DNA of 43,235 nucleotides from Candidatus Promineifilaceae bacterium (GTDB lineage Bacteria; Chloroflexota; Anaerolineae; Promineifilales; Promineifilaceae): NCBI GenBank assembly GCA_049281335.1, contig JBAPRX010000684.1, positions 1 to 43,235 of the forward strand, read 5' to 3'. Shown piece by piece: positions 25,043 to 35,203 of this stretch (position 1 is its first letter; each line of letters starts with the position of its first letter). The notes under the pieces were generated by a model. It saw only the letters and a program-made list of their open reading frames with translations, ran no database searches and was not told where the DNA came from. The position numbers and the translations under genes were made by a program.

Positions 25043-25074
25043 GGCCATGCTCCATAGGAACATGGCCTTTTTTT
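25043..25074 (+). terminator. Intrinsic terminator downstream of the LysM gene
   Basis: GGCCATG-ctccataggaa-CATGGCC followed by TTTTTTT. Confidence 0.65.
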
Positions 25075-25092
25075 ATATTGTATAATCCTTTT

Positions 25093-25345
25093 ATGAGTAC
25101 TGATTTACAGGCTTAAGACAAGGTTGCAAAATATATCGCCCACTCCCGGCAGGCGTTGGAAACCGGAAAGTTGGTCATGGCGCATGAAGATTTTATTTCG
25201 GCCGTAAATCACGCTTACTATGCTATCTTTACGCCGGTGATTATGATCTTGAGTCACTTGATTTTGAAAGGGCTGACCGTCACCTGACAAATGCAGCCCA
25301 ATTTTTGGTGCGCATCGTGGGTTCGCGCCTGAACCGGCTTTGTAG
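25093..25345 (+). pseudogene. Degraded HEPN/UPF0332-like gene remnant
   Basis: Plus-strand reading gives MSTDLQA*DKVAKYIAHSRQALETGKLVMAHEDFISAVNHAYYAIFT, with an in-frame TAA at codon 8. A frame change then gives AGDYDLESLDFERADRHLTNAAQFLVRIVG. The N- and C-terminal signatures of HEPN (AYYA.F ... R..DY ... A..F) are present, but the middle is missing. Confidence 0.4.
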
Positions 25346-25364
25346 GCTCTTAATCAGCCAACTT

Positions 25365-28256
25365 CTATCCCTGGCCGTTCAGAATTTGTTTTAGGAATTG
25401 GCCGGTGTAGGATTCGGGAACAGCCGAGATTGCTTCGGGGGTGCCTTCGGCGACTATCGTGCCACCTCTGTCGCCCCCTTCTGGGCCTAGATCAATGATG
25501 TAGTCAGCCACCTTGATAATATCCATGTTGTGTTCGATGATGATGACAGTATTGCCTTTATCCACCAAACGGTTCAGGGCATGGATCAATTTGGCAACGT
25601 CATGGGTGTGCAAGCCAACAGATGGTTCATCAAGAATATAAATGGTGTTTCCGGTGGCAATCTTGGACAGTTCGCGGCTTAATTTGACCCGCTGCGCTTC
25701 GCCGCCGCTCAAGGTTGGAGCTGGCTGGCCCAGCCGAATGTAACCCAGGCCGACATCGGCCATTGTCTTCAATTTCCGTTTGATGGGCGGGAGATTGGTA
25801 AAAAATTCCAGTGCTTCGTCAATGCTCATGTCAAGCACTTCGGCGATGTTCTTACCCTTATACGAAACCTGGAGCGTCTCACGGTTATACCGTGCGCCTT
25901 TGCAGATTTCGCAGGGAACATAGATATCAGGCAAGAACTGCATTTCGATCCGGTTCTGCCCCTGCCCCTGACAGGCTTCACAACGGCCGCCTTTGACATT
26001 GAAGCTAAAACGGCCGGGTTTGTACCCTCTCATCTTGCTTTCCGGCATTCCGGCAAAGAGGTCGCGGATAGGGTTAAAGAGATTGGTATAGGTAGCCGGG
26101 TTGGAACGGGGCGTTCGGCCGATAGGACTCTGATCAATTTCGATAACCTTGTCCAGATGTTCCAATCCCTCAACGGAATCATGAGCACCGGGCAAATCCT
26201 TTGATTTGTAGAAGACCTGGGAGAGCCGCTTGCTCAAAATTTCGATCAGGAAGGAGCTTTTGCCGCTGCCGCTGACGCCGGTAATGCAGACAAATGTTCC
26301 CAAGGGAACCTTGAAGTCCACATTTTTCAAGTTGTTTTCTCTAGCGCCTTTGACAATCAGAAATTCGCCGCTGCCCTTTCGCCGCTTCTTGGGAATGATG
26401 ATCTTTTTTCGGCCGCTGAGGTAGTCGCCGGTCAGGGATTTTTCGTTGGCTGTAATTTCTGACACCGTCCCTTCGGCCACGATCAGCCCGCCATTTCGTC
26501 CGGCTCCTGGGCCAAGATCGACAACCCAATCGGCCTGCCGGATCGTCTCTTCGTCATGTTCAACAACCAGCACAGTATTGCCCAGGTCGCGCATACCCAT
26601 GAGGGTGTGAATCAGGCGGTCATTGTCTCGCTGGTGAAGGCCAATGCTTGGTTCGTCAAGGACGTACAAAACGCCCATAAGACGGCTGCCGATCTGGGTT
26701 GCCAGCCGAATACGCTGGGCTTCGCCACCGCTCAAGGTTCCGGCCGAACGGTTGAGGGTCAGGTAATCGAGGCCAACGTTAATCATGAACTCCAGTCGGG
26801 AACAGACCTCTTTCAAGATGGGAGCAGCAATCATCTGCTGTCGTTCCGTCAGGGGAGTGGTCTCTTCATTTCTCAGGCAGTCGGCCCATTCCAAAATCCG
26901 GACAACCGGCCGTCCTGTAATGGTGGCAATTGTCTCGCCAAAAATGTCCACATTGCGGGCGACAGGCTGGAGGCGGGTTCCGTCGCAGGTACGGCAGGGA
27001 CGATTGACCATATACTCTTCCAGCTTATTACGCACGTAGTCGGAGGTGCTTTCGATGTAGCGTCGTTCGAGGTTGGTGATAACACCTTCAAACTTTGTCT
27101 TGTAAGTTCGGGAGTGGCCTTCCCGGTTGACATAACGAACGGGAATCTCCTCCTGACCGCTGCCATAAAGCAGGATTTGTAGCTGGGCATCGTTTAGTTC
27201 CTTCATTGGAATGTCGATTGGGACAGAGAAGTGATCGGCCGTCGCTTTCAACAACTGCCAGTAATAACCCTGCTTGTCATCAGTCGGCCAGGCAACAATG
27301 GCCCCTTCATCCAGAGTCAGGTCTTTGTTTGGAATCACTAAGTCAGCGTCAATCTCCTTCTTCGTTCCTAATCCCTGGCAGTCAGGACAGGCACCATGCG
27401 GGCTGTTAAAGCTGAAAGTACGCGGCTCGATTTCGGGAATACTGGTCCCGTCATAAGCACAAGAAAGGTGTTCAGAATAGAAGTTGTCTACCGGGTTTGC
27501 GGAATCAGTGATGTCGTTGATGATAACAGTGCCATTACCAAGGCGGAGTGCGGTTTCGATTGAATCGGTCAGGCGGGAACGGTCAGCCTGGGCTTCTTCA
27601 CTGGTATCTTTGGGATCGTGACGAACGATCAACCGATCTACAACCGCTTCGATAGCGTGGTTCTTGTATCGATCCAGCTCGATTTCTTCATCCACCAGGC
27701 GGACTTCGCCATCCACACGGACCCGGACAAAACCTGCCTTGCGGACATCCTCGAAAATTCCCTGATGTTGGCCTTTGCGGTCTTTGATCAAAGGGGCGAG
27801 AACCAGAATCCGGCTGTCGTGGGGCATCCTCTGGACGCCTTCGACGATCTGTTCGGCCGATTGTGGCATCACAGGACGGCCGCATTCAGGGCAGTGGGGG
27901 ATGCCAATCCGTGCAAAGAGCAGGCGAAGATAATCATAAATCTCCGTCACCGTTCCAACGGTGGAACGGGGATTGTGACTGACCCCTTTCTGGTCAATAG
28001 AAACGGCCGGACTCAATCCTTCAATTTGATCCACGTCCGGCTTTTCCAACTGCCCTAAGAATTGGCGGGCATAAGCAGATAGTGACTCCACATATCGCCG
28101 CTGTCCTTCGGCAAAAATTGTATCAAAGGCCAGGGATGATTTCCCGGAACCGGACAAACCGGTAATAACCACCAGTTTGTCTCTGGGAATTTCAACTGTG
28201 ACATTTTTTAGATTGTGTTCCCGTGCGCCGCGCACGACAATTTTATCAAGGGACAT
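25365..28256 (-). CDS. uvrA: Excinuclease ABC subunit UvrA
   Basis: [14 protein letters not shown] and GVSGSGKSS Walker A motifs, two ABC signatures (LSGGEAQR twice) and Cys4 zinc modules. ATG at 28256 ([18 protein letters not shown]). Confidence 0.97.
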   Translation of the reverse strand: MSLDKIVVRGAREHNLKNVTVEIPRDKLVVITGLSGSGKSSLAFDTIFAEGQRRYVESLSAYARQFLGQLEKPDVDQIEGLSPAVSIDQKGVSHNPRSTVGTVTEIYDYLRLLFARIGIPHCPECGRPVMPQSAEQIVEGVQRMPHDSRILVLAPLIKDRKGQHQGIFEDVRKAGFVRVRVDGEVRLVDEEIELDRYKNHAIEAVVDRLIVRHDPKDTSEEAQADRSRLTDSIETALRLGNGTVIINDITDSANPVDNFYSEHLSCAYDGTSIPEIEPRTFSFNSPHGACPDCQGLGTKKEIDADLVIPNKDLTLDEGAIVAWPTDDKQGYYWQLLKATADHFSVPIDIPMKELNDAQLQILLYGSGQEEIPVRYVNREGHSRTYKTKFEGVITNLERRYIESTSDYVRNKLEEYMVNRPCRTCDGTRLQPVARNVDIFGETIATITGRPVVRILEWADCLRNEETTPLTERQQMIAAPILKEVCSRLEFMINVGLDYLTLNRSAGTLSGGEAQRIRLATQIGSRLMGVLYVLDEPSIGLHQRDNDRLIHTLMGMRDLGNTVLVVEHDEETIRQADWVVDLGPGAGRNGGLIVAEGTVSEITANEKSLTGDYLSGRKKIIIPKKRRKGSGEFLIVKGARENNLKNVDFKVPLGTFVCITGVSGSGKSSFLIEILSKRLSQVFYKSKDLPGAHDSVEGLEHLDKVIEIDQSPIGRTPRSNPATYTNLFNPIRDLFAGMPESKMRGYKPGRFSFNVKGGRCEACQGQGQNRIEMQFLPDIYVPCEICKGARYNRETLQVSYKGKNIAEVLDMSIDEALEFFTNLPPIKRKLKTMADVGLGYIRLGQPAPTLSGGEAQRVKLSRELSKIATGNTIYILDEPSVGLHTHDVAKLIHALNRLVDKGNTVIIIEHNMDIIKVADYIIDLGPEGGDRGGTIVAEGTPEAISAVPESYTGQFLKQILNGQG

Positions 28257-28383
28257 ATTGATCCTACACAAATCAAACTGACAATTCAGTACCCAATTGG
28301 GAAAATTACGCTACATAGTTAAAAACAAATAGAACACCTATTCTATCACATAAAAGAACAGGAACCATAAGAAAATAGCATAT

Positions 28384-28426
28384 AAAACCAAAAAGGGCGT
28401 CCCGATTAAGATTAATCAGGACGCCC
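28384..28426 (-). terminator. Terminator of the CBM48-like gene
   Basis: Minus strand reads GGGCGTCC-tgattaatcttaatc-GGGACGCCC followed by TTTTTGGTTTT. Confidence 0.7.
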
Positions 28427-28451
28427 TCCGTTTTGAATAATGATCGTAAAA

Positions 28452-28754
28452 CTAGCTCACCGGGGCGGTGCTGACGACGCTGTTTTGGCTGCCGTGTTCG
28501 TTAGGAACGTAGGCATCTGCTTCCGGGTCGTTGACCCAGGTGCCGCCGTCCAGCAGGTATCGGAACTGAACCTCAGTGTTATTTGGGTAACGGACGCGAG
28601 TGTAAAAAACACCATCTTTCTTCCGCTTAGGCATTTCAACCGGTTCCCAATTGTTTGCACTGGTAACGAGTTCTACACTTTCAACATTCTCATCATCATA
28701 CTCGAAGGTGACTTCACATTCTTCCTTCGTCTTAAAAAACTTCTTACTGACCAT
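28452..28754 (-). CDS. Small AMPK-beta/CBM48-like glycogen-binding-domain protein
   Basis: 100 aa. VTFEYDDENVESVELVTSANNWEPVEMPKRKKDGVFYTRVRYPNNTEVQFRYLLDGGTWVNDPEAD matches the E-set/CBM48 pattern. AAGGAG lies before the ATG. Confidence 0.7.
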   Translation of the reverse strand: MVSKKFFKTKEECEVTFEYDDENVESVELVTSANNWEPVEMPKRKKDGVFYTRVRYPNNTEVQFRYLLDGGTWVNDPEADAYVPNEHGSQNSVVSTAPVS

Positions 28755-28880
28755 TTTTAACTCCTTTTAGGTACTCAGGGTTAAGCATAACCATCACTCG
28801 GAATAAAGTTTTGCTGTTTTTTGGTGGGTCAGTGTATTTTGGCAGCGGGGTAAAACAACAAAGGCTGACCGGTTACGTTA

Positions 28881-28904
28881 ACACAAAAGCTGCCTTTTGG
28901 CAGC
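28881..28904 (-). terminator. Terminator downstream of relA/spoT
   Basis: Minus strand reads GCTGCC-aaaa-GGCAGC followed by TTTTGTGTT, about 80 nt after the stop codon. Confidence 0.65.
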
Positions 28905-28984
28905 CTGTTCATTGTCTAAATTAAAGTTTTTGTTTTGGGGTCGCCCCAGAACAACCCCGAATTATAAGGGTTATAGATGACCTG

Positions 28985-31261
28985 TCAAATTTCTTTGGTG
29001 GGGAGGTACTTAAATGAAGCGGCGACGAGGCCGTTTCCGTACCTGGGCAGGCATTGAACGTCGTAAACGTTTATCAAGGTTTGGGCGCGGTGGAGGATGC
29101 GAACCAGTTGACGGGCGTTGGCAACTTCTATTGTCAGAACAACGTGAAGTCGGCCGTTACCGATGCCTGGAGGCGTGTTAATGGTGGAAATATTGATCTC
29201 TTCGCTGTTGAGCAGTTCAGAGAGGTCATAGATCAAGCCGCTGCGGTCAAAAACATTTACCTGTATTGTAAAGTTACGAACCTGGTAGCTCCCTTTCCGG
29301 CCCCACGATAGTTTAATCTGGCTTCGTGTTTGTGGGTCCGGCCGTAGGGCATAGCAGCCTTCCTTATGAATGGTTACGCCGCCACCGGAGCGAATAAATC
29401 CTATGATAGTATCGCCCGGTCGGGGGTTGCAGGCTTTGCAAAGGCGAAGGTCTTTTTCGGTGGTATTGGTGACGACAAATTCCTGCCCGCTTTCGGAACG
29501 AACAGTACGGCCGACATTTCGAACCGGTTCGTCAGACCATTCCTTTTCCAAAACCATCGTGGCAACCTGGGTGGGCAGCACATCTGCTCGGCCGAGCGCG
29601 TAATATAGTTTGTCTGGCTCATCAAATTCAAGTATTTTCGCTGCTTCTTCATGAGAGAAATTGCCCATCCCTATTAACGTCAGCTCTCCTTCCAACAACT
29701 CCTTCCCCTGCTTGTAAGCTGTCTCGGCCGAAATTCGGCGGAACCAGCGGCGCACCTGGGCTTTGGCTCGGCTGGTCTTAAGGAAACCCAGATCTTCGTC
29801 CAGCCAGGTTCGTTGAACGCGCCCCCAGCCAGACTTTCCAATTCGGACGCGGTCACCATCCTTCAATGGTTTGTTCAAGGGGTATGGTTCGTCGTTGACA
29901 TACGCATTCTGACATTGATTGCCAACTTCAGAATGAATGGCGTAAGCAAAATCAATGGCTGTCGCTCCTTGGGGAAGTTCGATGACGTCTCCATTGGGAG
30001 TATACACCATGATCTGCTGGCTAAATACATCCTCCACCAGTCCTTTGACGGCGCTGCTGAACGTCTGAGATTCCAGACTGATGCTTTTGTTAACCTCAGT
30101 AATTAAGGCATCCACCTGTTTGGCAACGCCCTGCGTCCACAAAGGCGATCCGGCGTAGACCCATCGAGCCAATACCCCAATTTCAGAAACTTCGTGCATG
30201 GCAACGCTCCGAAAACGTATTTTGAGCGGTTCGCCATCGGTATAAATGACAGTGGTGTGGAGCGCCCTGTAGAGGTTCTCCCTCGGTGCGGCAATATAAT
30301 CATCAAACTGCCCCGGAACGGGCCGCCAACATTTGTGGATCAAACCCAATGCCAGATAACAAGATGATTCGTCTTCCAGAAGTATCGTGAACCTCAGGGG
30401 AACATCCATCTTGTTCAGGGAGAGAATGTCGGACTTATCTGCCAGACTCTTATACACAGAGGAGACACTTTGGTCGGAGGGTTTGACGTCCTTGACAACA
30501 AGGCCGTTTTCGACCAGCAGTTCCAGGATCTGTTCGGAGACACGGCCGTAAACGGCCTGCCGCCGGTGTATGAGCGTCTCCAACATCTGGCTAACATGGT
30601 CGAACGCCTCGTTATTCAAGACCTGGAAACTATAAGCTTCCAGCTCTGACTTTAACCACCAGATGCCCAGCCGGTTTGCCAAAGGCGCATAGACGTATAA
30701 GGTTTCGCGGGCTTTTTCCTCTTGCTTGCGGCGGGGCATGGCTCCGATGGTGCGCATGTTGTGGAAGCGGTCAAACAGTTTGACGAGCACCACACGCACA
30801 TCACCGGTCATGGCCCCGAACATCTTGTGGAGAGAAGCATCCCGAATCTCTTCCGGGGTTAGTTCGCGGCCTCTGGAAAATTCGGCCGAGACCTCTTTCA
30901 ACTTTGTCACCCCGTCTACCAACCGCATCACCTCCCCCCCAAACAGCTCCTCAATCTCTTCCAGGGAGACATAGGTGTCTTCGGCGACATCATGCAGAAG
31001 GGCGGCCATCAGCGTAGGCGCGTCCAGTTGGAAAATTGCCAGGTAGTAAGCAACAGTCAGAGGGTGAGTAAAAAATGGTTCCCCAGAGCGGCGGCGCTGG
31101 TCACCATGCACACGTTTGGCAAGTTCAAATGCCTCTCTCACCCGAAGCCGATCTTCCAGAGGGAGGTAGGTTTGTATCAATTCAAAAAACTCGAGGCCCT
31201 CCAGACTGACGTAAAAATCATCAGTCTGGAGAGACCCCGAGCTTACCAGCAGGGGAACCAT
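28985..31261 (-). CDS. relA: Bifunctional (p)ppGpp synthetase/hydrolase (RelA/SpoT homologue)
   Basis: 758 aa. HD hydrolase domain (HPLTVA...LLHDVAEDT), RelA_SpoT synthetase domain, TGS (VYTPNGDVIELPQGATAIDFAYAIH) and a C-terminal ACT-like domain. Confidence 0.95.
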   Translation of the reverse strand: MVPLLVSSGSLQTDDFYVSLEGLEFFELIQTYLPLEDRLRVREAFELAKRVHGDQRRRSGEPFFTHPLTVAYYLAIFQLDAPTLMAALLHDVAEDTYVSLEEIEELFGGEVMRLVDGVTKLKEVSAEFSRGRELTPEEIRDASLHKMFGAMTGDVRVVLVKLFDRFHNMRTIGAMPRRKQEEKARETLYVYAPLANRLGIWWLKSELEAYSFQVLNNEAFDHVSQMLETLIHRRQAVYGRVSEQILELLVENGLVVKDVKPSDQSVSSVYKSLADKSDILSLNKMDVPLRFTILLEDESSCYLALGLIHKCWRPVPGQFDDYIAAPRENLYRALHTTVIYTDGEPLKIRFRSVAMHEVSEIGVLARWVYAGSPLWTQGVAKQVDALITEVNKSISLESQTFSSAVKGLVEDVFSQQIMVYTPNGDVIELPQGATAIDFAYAIHSEVGNQCQNAYVNDEPYPLNKPLKDGDRVRIGKSGWGRVQRTWLDEDLGFLKTSRAKAQVRRWFRRISAETAYKQGKELLEGELTLIGMGNFSHEEAAKILEFDEPDKLYYALGRADVLPTQVATMVLEKEWSDEPVRNVGRTVRSESGQEFVVTNTTEKDLRLCKACNPRPGDTIIGFIRSGGGVTIHKEGCYALRPDPQTRSQIKLSWGRKGSYQVRNFTIQVNVFDRSGLIYDLSELLNSEEINISTINTPPGIGNGRLHVVLTIEVANARQLVRILHRAQTLINVYDVQCLPRYGNGLVAASFKYLPTKEI

Positions 31262-31266
31262 TATTC

Positions 31267-32019
31267 TTAGTCGCTTCTGATTTGATCTTTGTTCTTGAAG
31301 TCTACAAAACGATAGCCAACACCACGTTCCGTCAGGATATACTTGGGGTTTGACAGGTCTTTCTCGATCTTCTTTCTGAGGTAGTTGATATAGAGTCGGA
31401 GGTAATGGGTTTCATCCCGATATTCATAACCCCAGACTTTTGCCAGGAGTGTTTCATGGGGCAGAACCCAACCGGCATTTTGAATCAGGTGGCTTAGGAG
31501 GCGATATTCAGTCGGCCGTAAATCAATTCGCTCCCCGTCTACAATAACCTGGTGGCGATTGAAATCCACCGAAAGACGATCATCAATTTGCAGCACCGTG
31601 CGGGGGGTCAGTGTGGGCCAGCTTGCCCGGCGCAGCACGGCGTTAACCCGGCTGGCAAGTTCTCGCGGGCTAAAGGGCTTGGTGATGTAATCATCTGCGC
31701 CCAGTTCTAACCCCCGGATACGATCTTCTTCATCGCTTTTCACCGTCAGTAATATTACTGGAACGGTGGTGATTTCGCGGAGCAGGTGCAGGGCTTCAAA
31801 GCCGTCCATTTTGGGCATCATGACATCCATGATTACCAGGTCTGGCAAATGCTGCCGGACCTGTTCCAGGGCTTCAGAGCCGTTATTTGCTTCGATGACC
31901 TGATACCCTTCCAGTTCAAGGTTCATCCGAATGAACCGGATCATACGCGGTTCATCGTCTACGACCAGAACAAGTCTCGGCGATTCAGGTTTTAGTTTTT
32001 CAGGAACTTGCTCAACCAT
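31267..32019 (-). CDS. OmpR/PhoB-family response regulator (no cognate histidine kinase in the window)
   Basis: Receiver domain (LVVDDEPRM...[14 protein letters not shown]...ILLTVKS...ITKPF) plus a winged-helix C-terminus ([12 protein letters not shown]...[14 protein letters not shown]...ERGVGYRF). Confidence 0.93.
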   Translation of the reverse strand: MVEQVPEKLKPESPRLVLVVDDEPRMIRFIRMNLELEGYQVIEANNGSEALEQVRQHLPDLVIMDVMMPKMDGFEALHLLREITTVPVILLTVKSDEEDRIRGLELGADDYITKPFSPRELASRVNAVLRRASWPTLTPRTVLQIDDRLSVDFNRHQVIVDGERIDLRPTEYRLLSHLIQNAGWVLPHETLLAKVWGYEYRDETHYLRLYINYLRKKIEKDLSNPKYILTERGVGYRFVDFKNKDQIRSD

Positions 32020-32261
32020 TATTCACGTATGAAGGTTATTACTTCATCCGTCTCCGTTGACGGTAATATCTGGACAAAGTTGATACGATGCCAGGGAATG
32101 ATCATCGTTGCGACATCATCTTCGAGGTAATGGATGTCTTTGCCGTCCCGGCGGCGGGGATTACTGACCAATACGAACTGATCGGAGGGATCAGGAAGTT
32201 GTTCAACGTCACAGAGGACGGGATCCTCATTACTGATATGGACAATTATGGCATAGCTCAT
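32019..32261 (-). CDS. Conserved-looking 80-aa hypothetical protein
   Basis: The ORF fits tightly between the FHA and regulator genes (14-nt gap upstream). Its stop overlaps the regulator ATG by 1 nt (TAATG). I recognise no motif, though the pattern is beta-rich and Sm-like. Confidence 0.6.
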   Translation of the reverse strand: MSYAIIVHISNEDPVLCDVEQLPDPSDQFVLVSNPRRRDGKDIHYLEDDVATMIIPWHRINFVQILPSTETDEVITFIRE

Positions 32262-32275
32262 TTACTTACTCTCGA

Positions 32276-32785
32276 TTAAGATTCGAAGAAAACATGAACC
32301 AACAAACGGCCGAATCGAATTTCATCGCCGTTATGCAAGGGATATGGTAAGTCGGGCGGCAAACGGTAGTTGTTTAAGAGAGTGCCGTTGGTGCTTCCCA
32401 GATCTATAAGGACAACGCCCCGATTAGAAGCCTGAATCGAGGCATGGAGCCGGGAGACGCCAAAATCGGAGCCTCGATCTTTCGTTAGATCAAGTTCGGG
32501 CAGGAGGTTCATAGTGGTATCCTTACGGCCGACTCTGATCTCGTCATCCAACTCCAAAATAACCCGCCGCCCACTGCTGGGAATAACGAACATCACCCGT
32601 TTTGCTTCTGAAACAGCGCCAAAATCCTGCCCTAACAGAGACGGCGGAACCGGGTCCGTCAGCGCATCCGAAAAAGGAAGCTGGGCTGTTGATTGCTCTC
32701 TAACTTTTATCAGGGAGTTTCCACACTCGCTGCAAAAGAGAGCACCTTCCATCTCACTTGAACCACACTCGCTACATTTAATCAT
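32276..32785 (-). CDS. Zinc-ribbon plus FHA domain protein
   Basis: N-terminus is MIKCSECGSSEMEGALFCSECG (CxxC..CxxC). The C-terminal FHA domain reads IRVGRKD...GVSRLHASIQASNRGVVLIDLGSTNGTLLNNYRL. Confidence 0.9.
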   Translation of the reverse strand: MIKCSECGSSEMEGALFCSECGNSLIKVREQSTAQLPFSDALTDPVPPSLLGQDFGAVSEAKRVMFVIPSSGRRVILELDDEIRVGRKDTTMNLLPELDLTKDRGSDFGVSRLHASIQASNRGVVLIDLGSTNGTLLNNYRLPPDLPYPLHNGDEIRFGRLLVHVFFES

Positions 32786-34031
32786 TGTTTTCCAGATTTA
32801 TTGTTTGTGTAAGCAGGGAACGAGTGCCATATTTTAGCCTTTTTCTCCCTTCAAGGGAAAGCGTCCCTATATTCGATAATCGCTCCGCTTCAGCATAAGC
32901 CTGCTGTGCAAGTTGGGTATGGCCGGCCTCCAGTAGACGAGTTGTCAGGCGGCGCATCCGGGTTGTTGCCTGGGTGAGATCGCCATCTTCAACCTCTTCC
33001 CAAACACGCTCATTCAAACGGTAAAAATTAAGTGCCTGGACGGCATCCATTAATGCTTTCGGCGGATTAAATCGCGGTTCGTCTGTCACCACGCTTAGTT
33101 CATAATCTTGCTTGGAGACATAGTTTTGCACATTGTGCGCGAGTATGTCACTTGTCAGATAAAGGGGCAAATTAATCGTGCGGCCGGGCAGTTGTGGTTC
33201 AACAGTGAATTCCAACAATACAGAAAGTGGCGTCTGTCCTTCAACAGCGCCCAGACGATAATAATCAGAATCGGGCGAAAGCGGTTGGGCAAATGGCGAC
33301 ACTTTGAAACCGGTTTTTAAGGTGACACCCATTGGAAAGTCTAAGCCCAGGCGAAGATTTTGGGCATAAACCAGCCCCAAACCGTGAATTCTCTTTTGCA
33401 GAAATTCAAATACCTGGTTGGCTGATTCAATAAAGGCTGACTGACCGCCGGAGGCAGAAACCATGCGATCCAGAAACTGGTCGTTCCAATCGGATCCGAT
33501 CCCAAATGCGCTCAAACCAATTCCCTTAGAGGCGATTTTCTGGGCCAATGATAAACAAGCCTCGTCATCTCCGTAGGTATGGCCGTCGGTTAGCAAAATA
33601 AGGTGATTGGTTTTCCCTAATAACTGAATTTTTGTCAGCTCTGTTACCCCAGCTTTTAGACCCTGGTAAATTTCCGTTCCCCCGGAGGCCATGATGCTTC
33701 TAATACGGCCGATAAGGGCAGGTTTATTCTCCAGGTGGCTAGATGGTAAGACGACCTCTGCCCGATCACTGAATGTGACCACTGAAATAGCATCCTCTGT
33801 CCCCAGCTTTTCAATTAAAAGGGAGGCTGCCCCTTTCACTCGTTCCAGTCTTTCCCCTTTCATTGATGTGCTGCGATCAATGACCAAACACAAGTTCAAG
33901 GGCGGATGCTCAACATCGGCCGGGCTTGCCGACCGGATATTAACGAGCAAGTAGACCAATTGAGCATAATCTAATGCTGCAATTGCTCTACGTGATCCTA
34001 ATACACGAACTTGTAGCAAATCTGTTGCCAT
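32778..34031 (-). CDS. von Willebrand factor type A (vWA) domain protein with an uncharacterised C-terminal half
   Basis: MIDAS motif LNLCLVIDRSTSMKGERL, plus GGTEIYQGL and LILLTDGHTYGD. 417 aa. It overlaps the FHA gene start by 8 nt. Confidence 0.88.
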   Translation of the reverse strand: MATDLLQVRVLGSRRAIAALDYAQLVYLLVNIRSASPADVEHPPLNLCLVIDRSTSMKGERLERVKGAASLLIEKLGTEDAISVVTFSDRAEVVLPSSHLENKPALIGRIRSIMASGGTEIYQGLKAGVTELTKIQLLGKTNHLILLTDGHTYGDDEACLSLAQKIASKGIGLSAFGIGSDWNDQFLDRMVSASGGQSAFIESANQVFEFLQKRIHGLGLVYAQNLRLGLDFPMGVTLKTGFKVSPFAQPLSPDSDYYRLGAVEGQTPLSVLLEFTVEPQLPGRTINLPLYLTSDILAHNVQNYVSKQDYELSVVTDEPRFNPPKALMDAVQALNFYRLNERVWEEVEDGDLTQATTRMRRLTTRLLEAGHTQLAQQAYAEAERLSNIGTLSLEGRKRLKYGTRSLLTQTINLENND

Positions 34032-34090
34032 TTCTTATCCGGAACCCATATGGTGGCTATCCGCCTAACCAGGTTGCTCCTCCAAAGCAG

Positions 34091-35185
34091 TCAAAAGGAA
34101 AAATCTACAATGATTATTGTAATATTATCATAACCACCGGCTTTCAGCGCAAGGTCTATTAATTCGTTAGACATTTCCTGTAAAGAAGTCTTTTCCTTCG
34201 TCAGGACATCCTTGATCATCTGTTCGGTTACTAACCCCCATAAACCATCACTACAAAGAACCAGTTTACCAGAACTCGGCAAAGAACGGGTAAAGGTTTC
34301 AACATCCAACTGCCCCCCCTGCCCAACAGCCATATAGAGCATATTCCGGTTGGGGTGGGAAGCTGCTTCTTCTTCGGTTAGCTGGCCGGCCTCTTGCAGC
34401 CTGCGAACATAGGAGTGGTCGGTGGTGATCAGGCTGAGTTTATTATTATCAAATAGATAAGCGCGGCTGTCCCCAACGTGGGTGATATAGAGACGACGGC
34501 CGAAAATGAGGGCGGCCGTAAGAGTTGTGCCGCTATCTTTTTCTGGATCAGGGCTGTGGATGGTTTTATTGGCGGCTTGTATGGCATCCAGCATGACATC
34601 CTGAATCGGCTCGACAGGGCCAGATGGCCCCTCGTTACCTATGGTAGGCATATATATTCGCTGCAACACATGTTTGGCAACCATTCTGGAGACGCTTTTG
34701 CTGGCTTCATGACCTGCAAAATGCCCCCCCATGCCATCGGCAACGATGTAAAGGCCAAAGGGCATCAACGGCTCTTCACCGCCAGTATCACAGGTAAAGA
34801 TAAATGAAGAGTCTTCGTTGCGGGTACGAACAAAGCCAATGTTGCATCGTTGGAAGGCACGTATCGTCGGCGGTTTCTGCATCACCTGGGCAATGCGCTT
34901 GCTTTCGAGGTTTACAACCGTATCTTCACTCAGAGGTTGCAGCGGCAGGGTTCGACCGCTATCAATTAACGCTTCCACTTCTGTTTCGTCCAGTAAGACA
35001 ATATCTCCTGTCATCACCTGGTCGTCGCCCAATTCCTCCTGTTCCAGATCGTTGGAGGAATTGTTCGTGCTTTTGGAGGTTGTGCCGCCAGCGGACTTAT
35101 TATCGGGTACAGCCAGTTCCATAGTATCGTCGTCTACCTCTTCCTGGGAATGAGATTCAGGAACTGATGTCAAGTCATTCGTCAT
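34091..35185 (-). CDS. PP2C-family Ser/Thr phosphatase with an acidic N-terminal extension
   Basis: RTRNEDS, IVADGMGGHFAGHEAS, THVGDSRAYL, LCSDGLWG and YDNITIIIV motifs. 364 aa. Confidence 0.92.
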   Translation of the reverse strand: MTNDLTSVPESHSQEEVDDDTMELAVPDNKSAGGTTSKSTNNSSNDLEQEELGDDQVMTGDIVLLDETEVEALIDSGRTLPLQPLSEDTVVNLESKRIAQVMQKPPTIRAFQRCNIGFVRTRNEDSSFIFTCDTGGEEPLMPFGLYIVADGMGGHFAGHEASKSVSRMVAKHVLQRIYMPTIGNEGPSGPVEPIQDVMLDAIQAANKTIHSPDPEKDSGTTLTAALIFGRRLYITHVGDSRAYLFDNNKLSLITTDHSYVRRLQEAGQLTEEEAASHPNRNMLYMAVGQGGQLDVETFTRSLPSSGKLVLCSDGLWGLVTEQMIKDVLTKEKTSLQEMSNELIDLALKAGGYDNITIIIVDFSF

Positions 35186-35203
35186 TATTCGTAACTTCCT
35201 TAA

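Noticed and set aside
25105-25290. 61-aa minus-strand ORF in the LysM-uvrA gap
   Set aside because: The opposite strand carries recognisable HEPN-like segments. This ORF has no Shine-Dalgarno and no family resemblance, so it is more likely a chance frame within the pseudogene.
26556-27182. 208-aa plus-strand ORF opposite uvrA
   Set aside because: Same reasoning: it is an antisense artefact inside an unambiguous uvrA gene.
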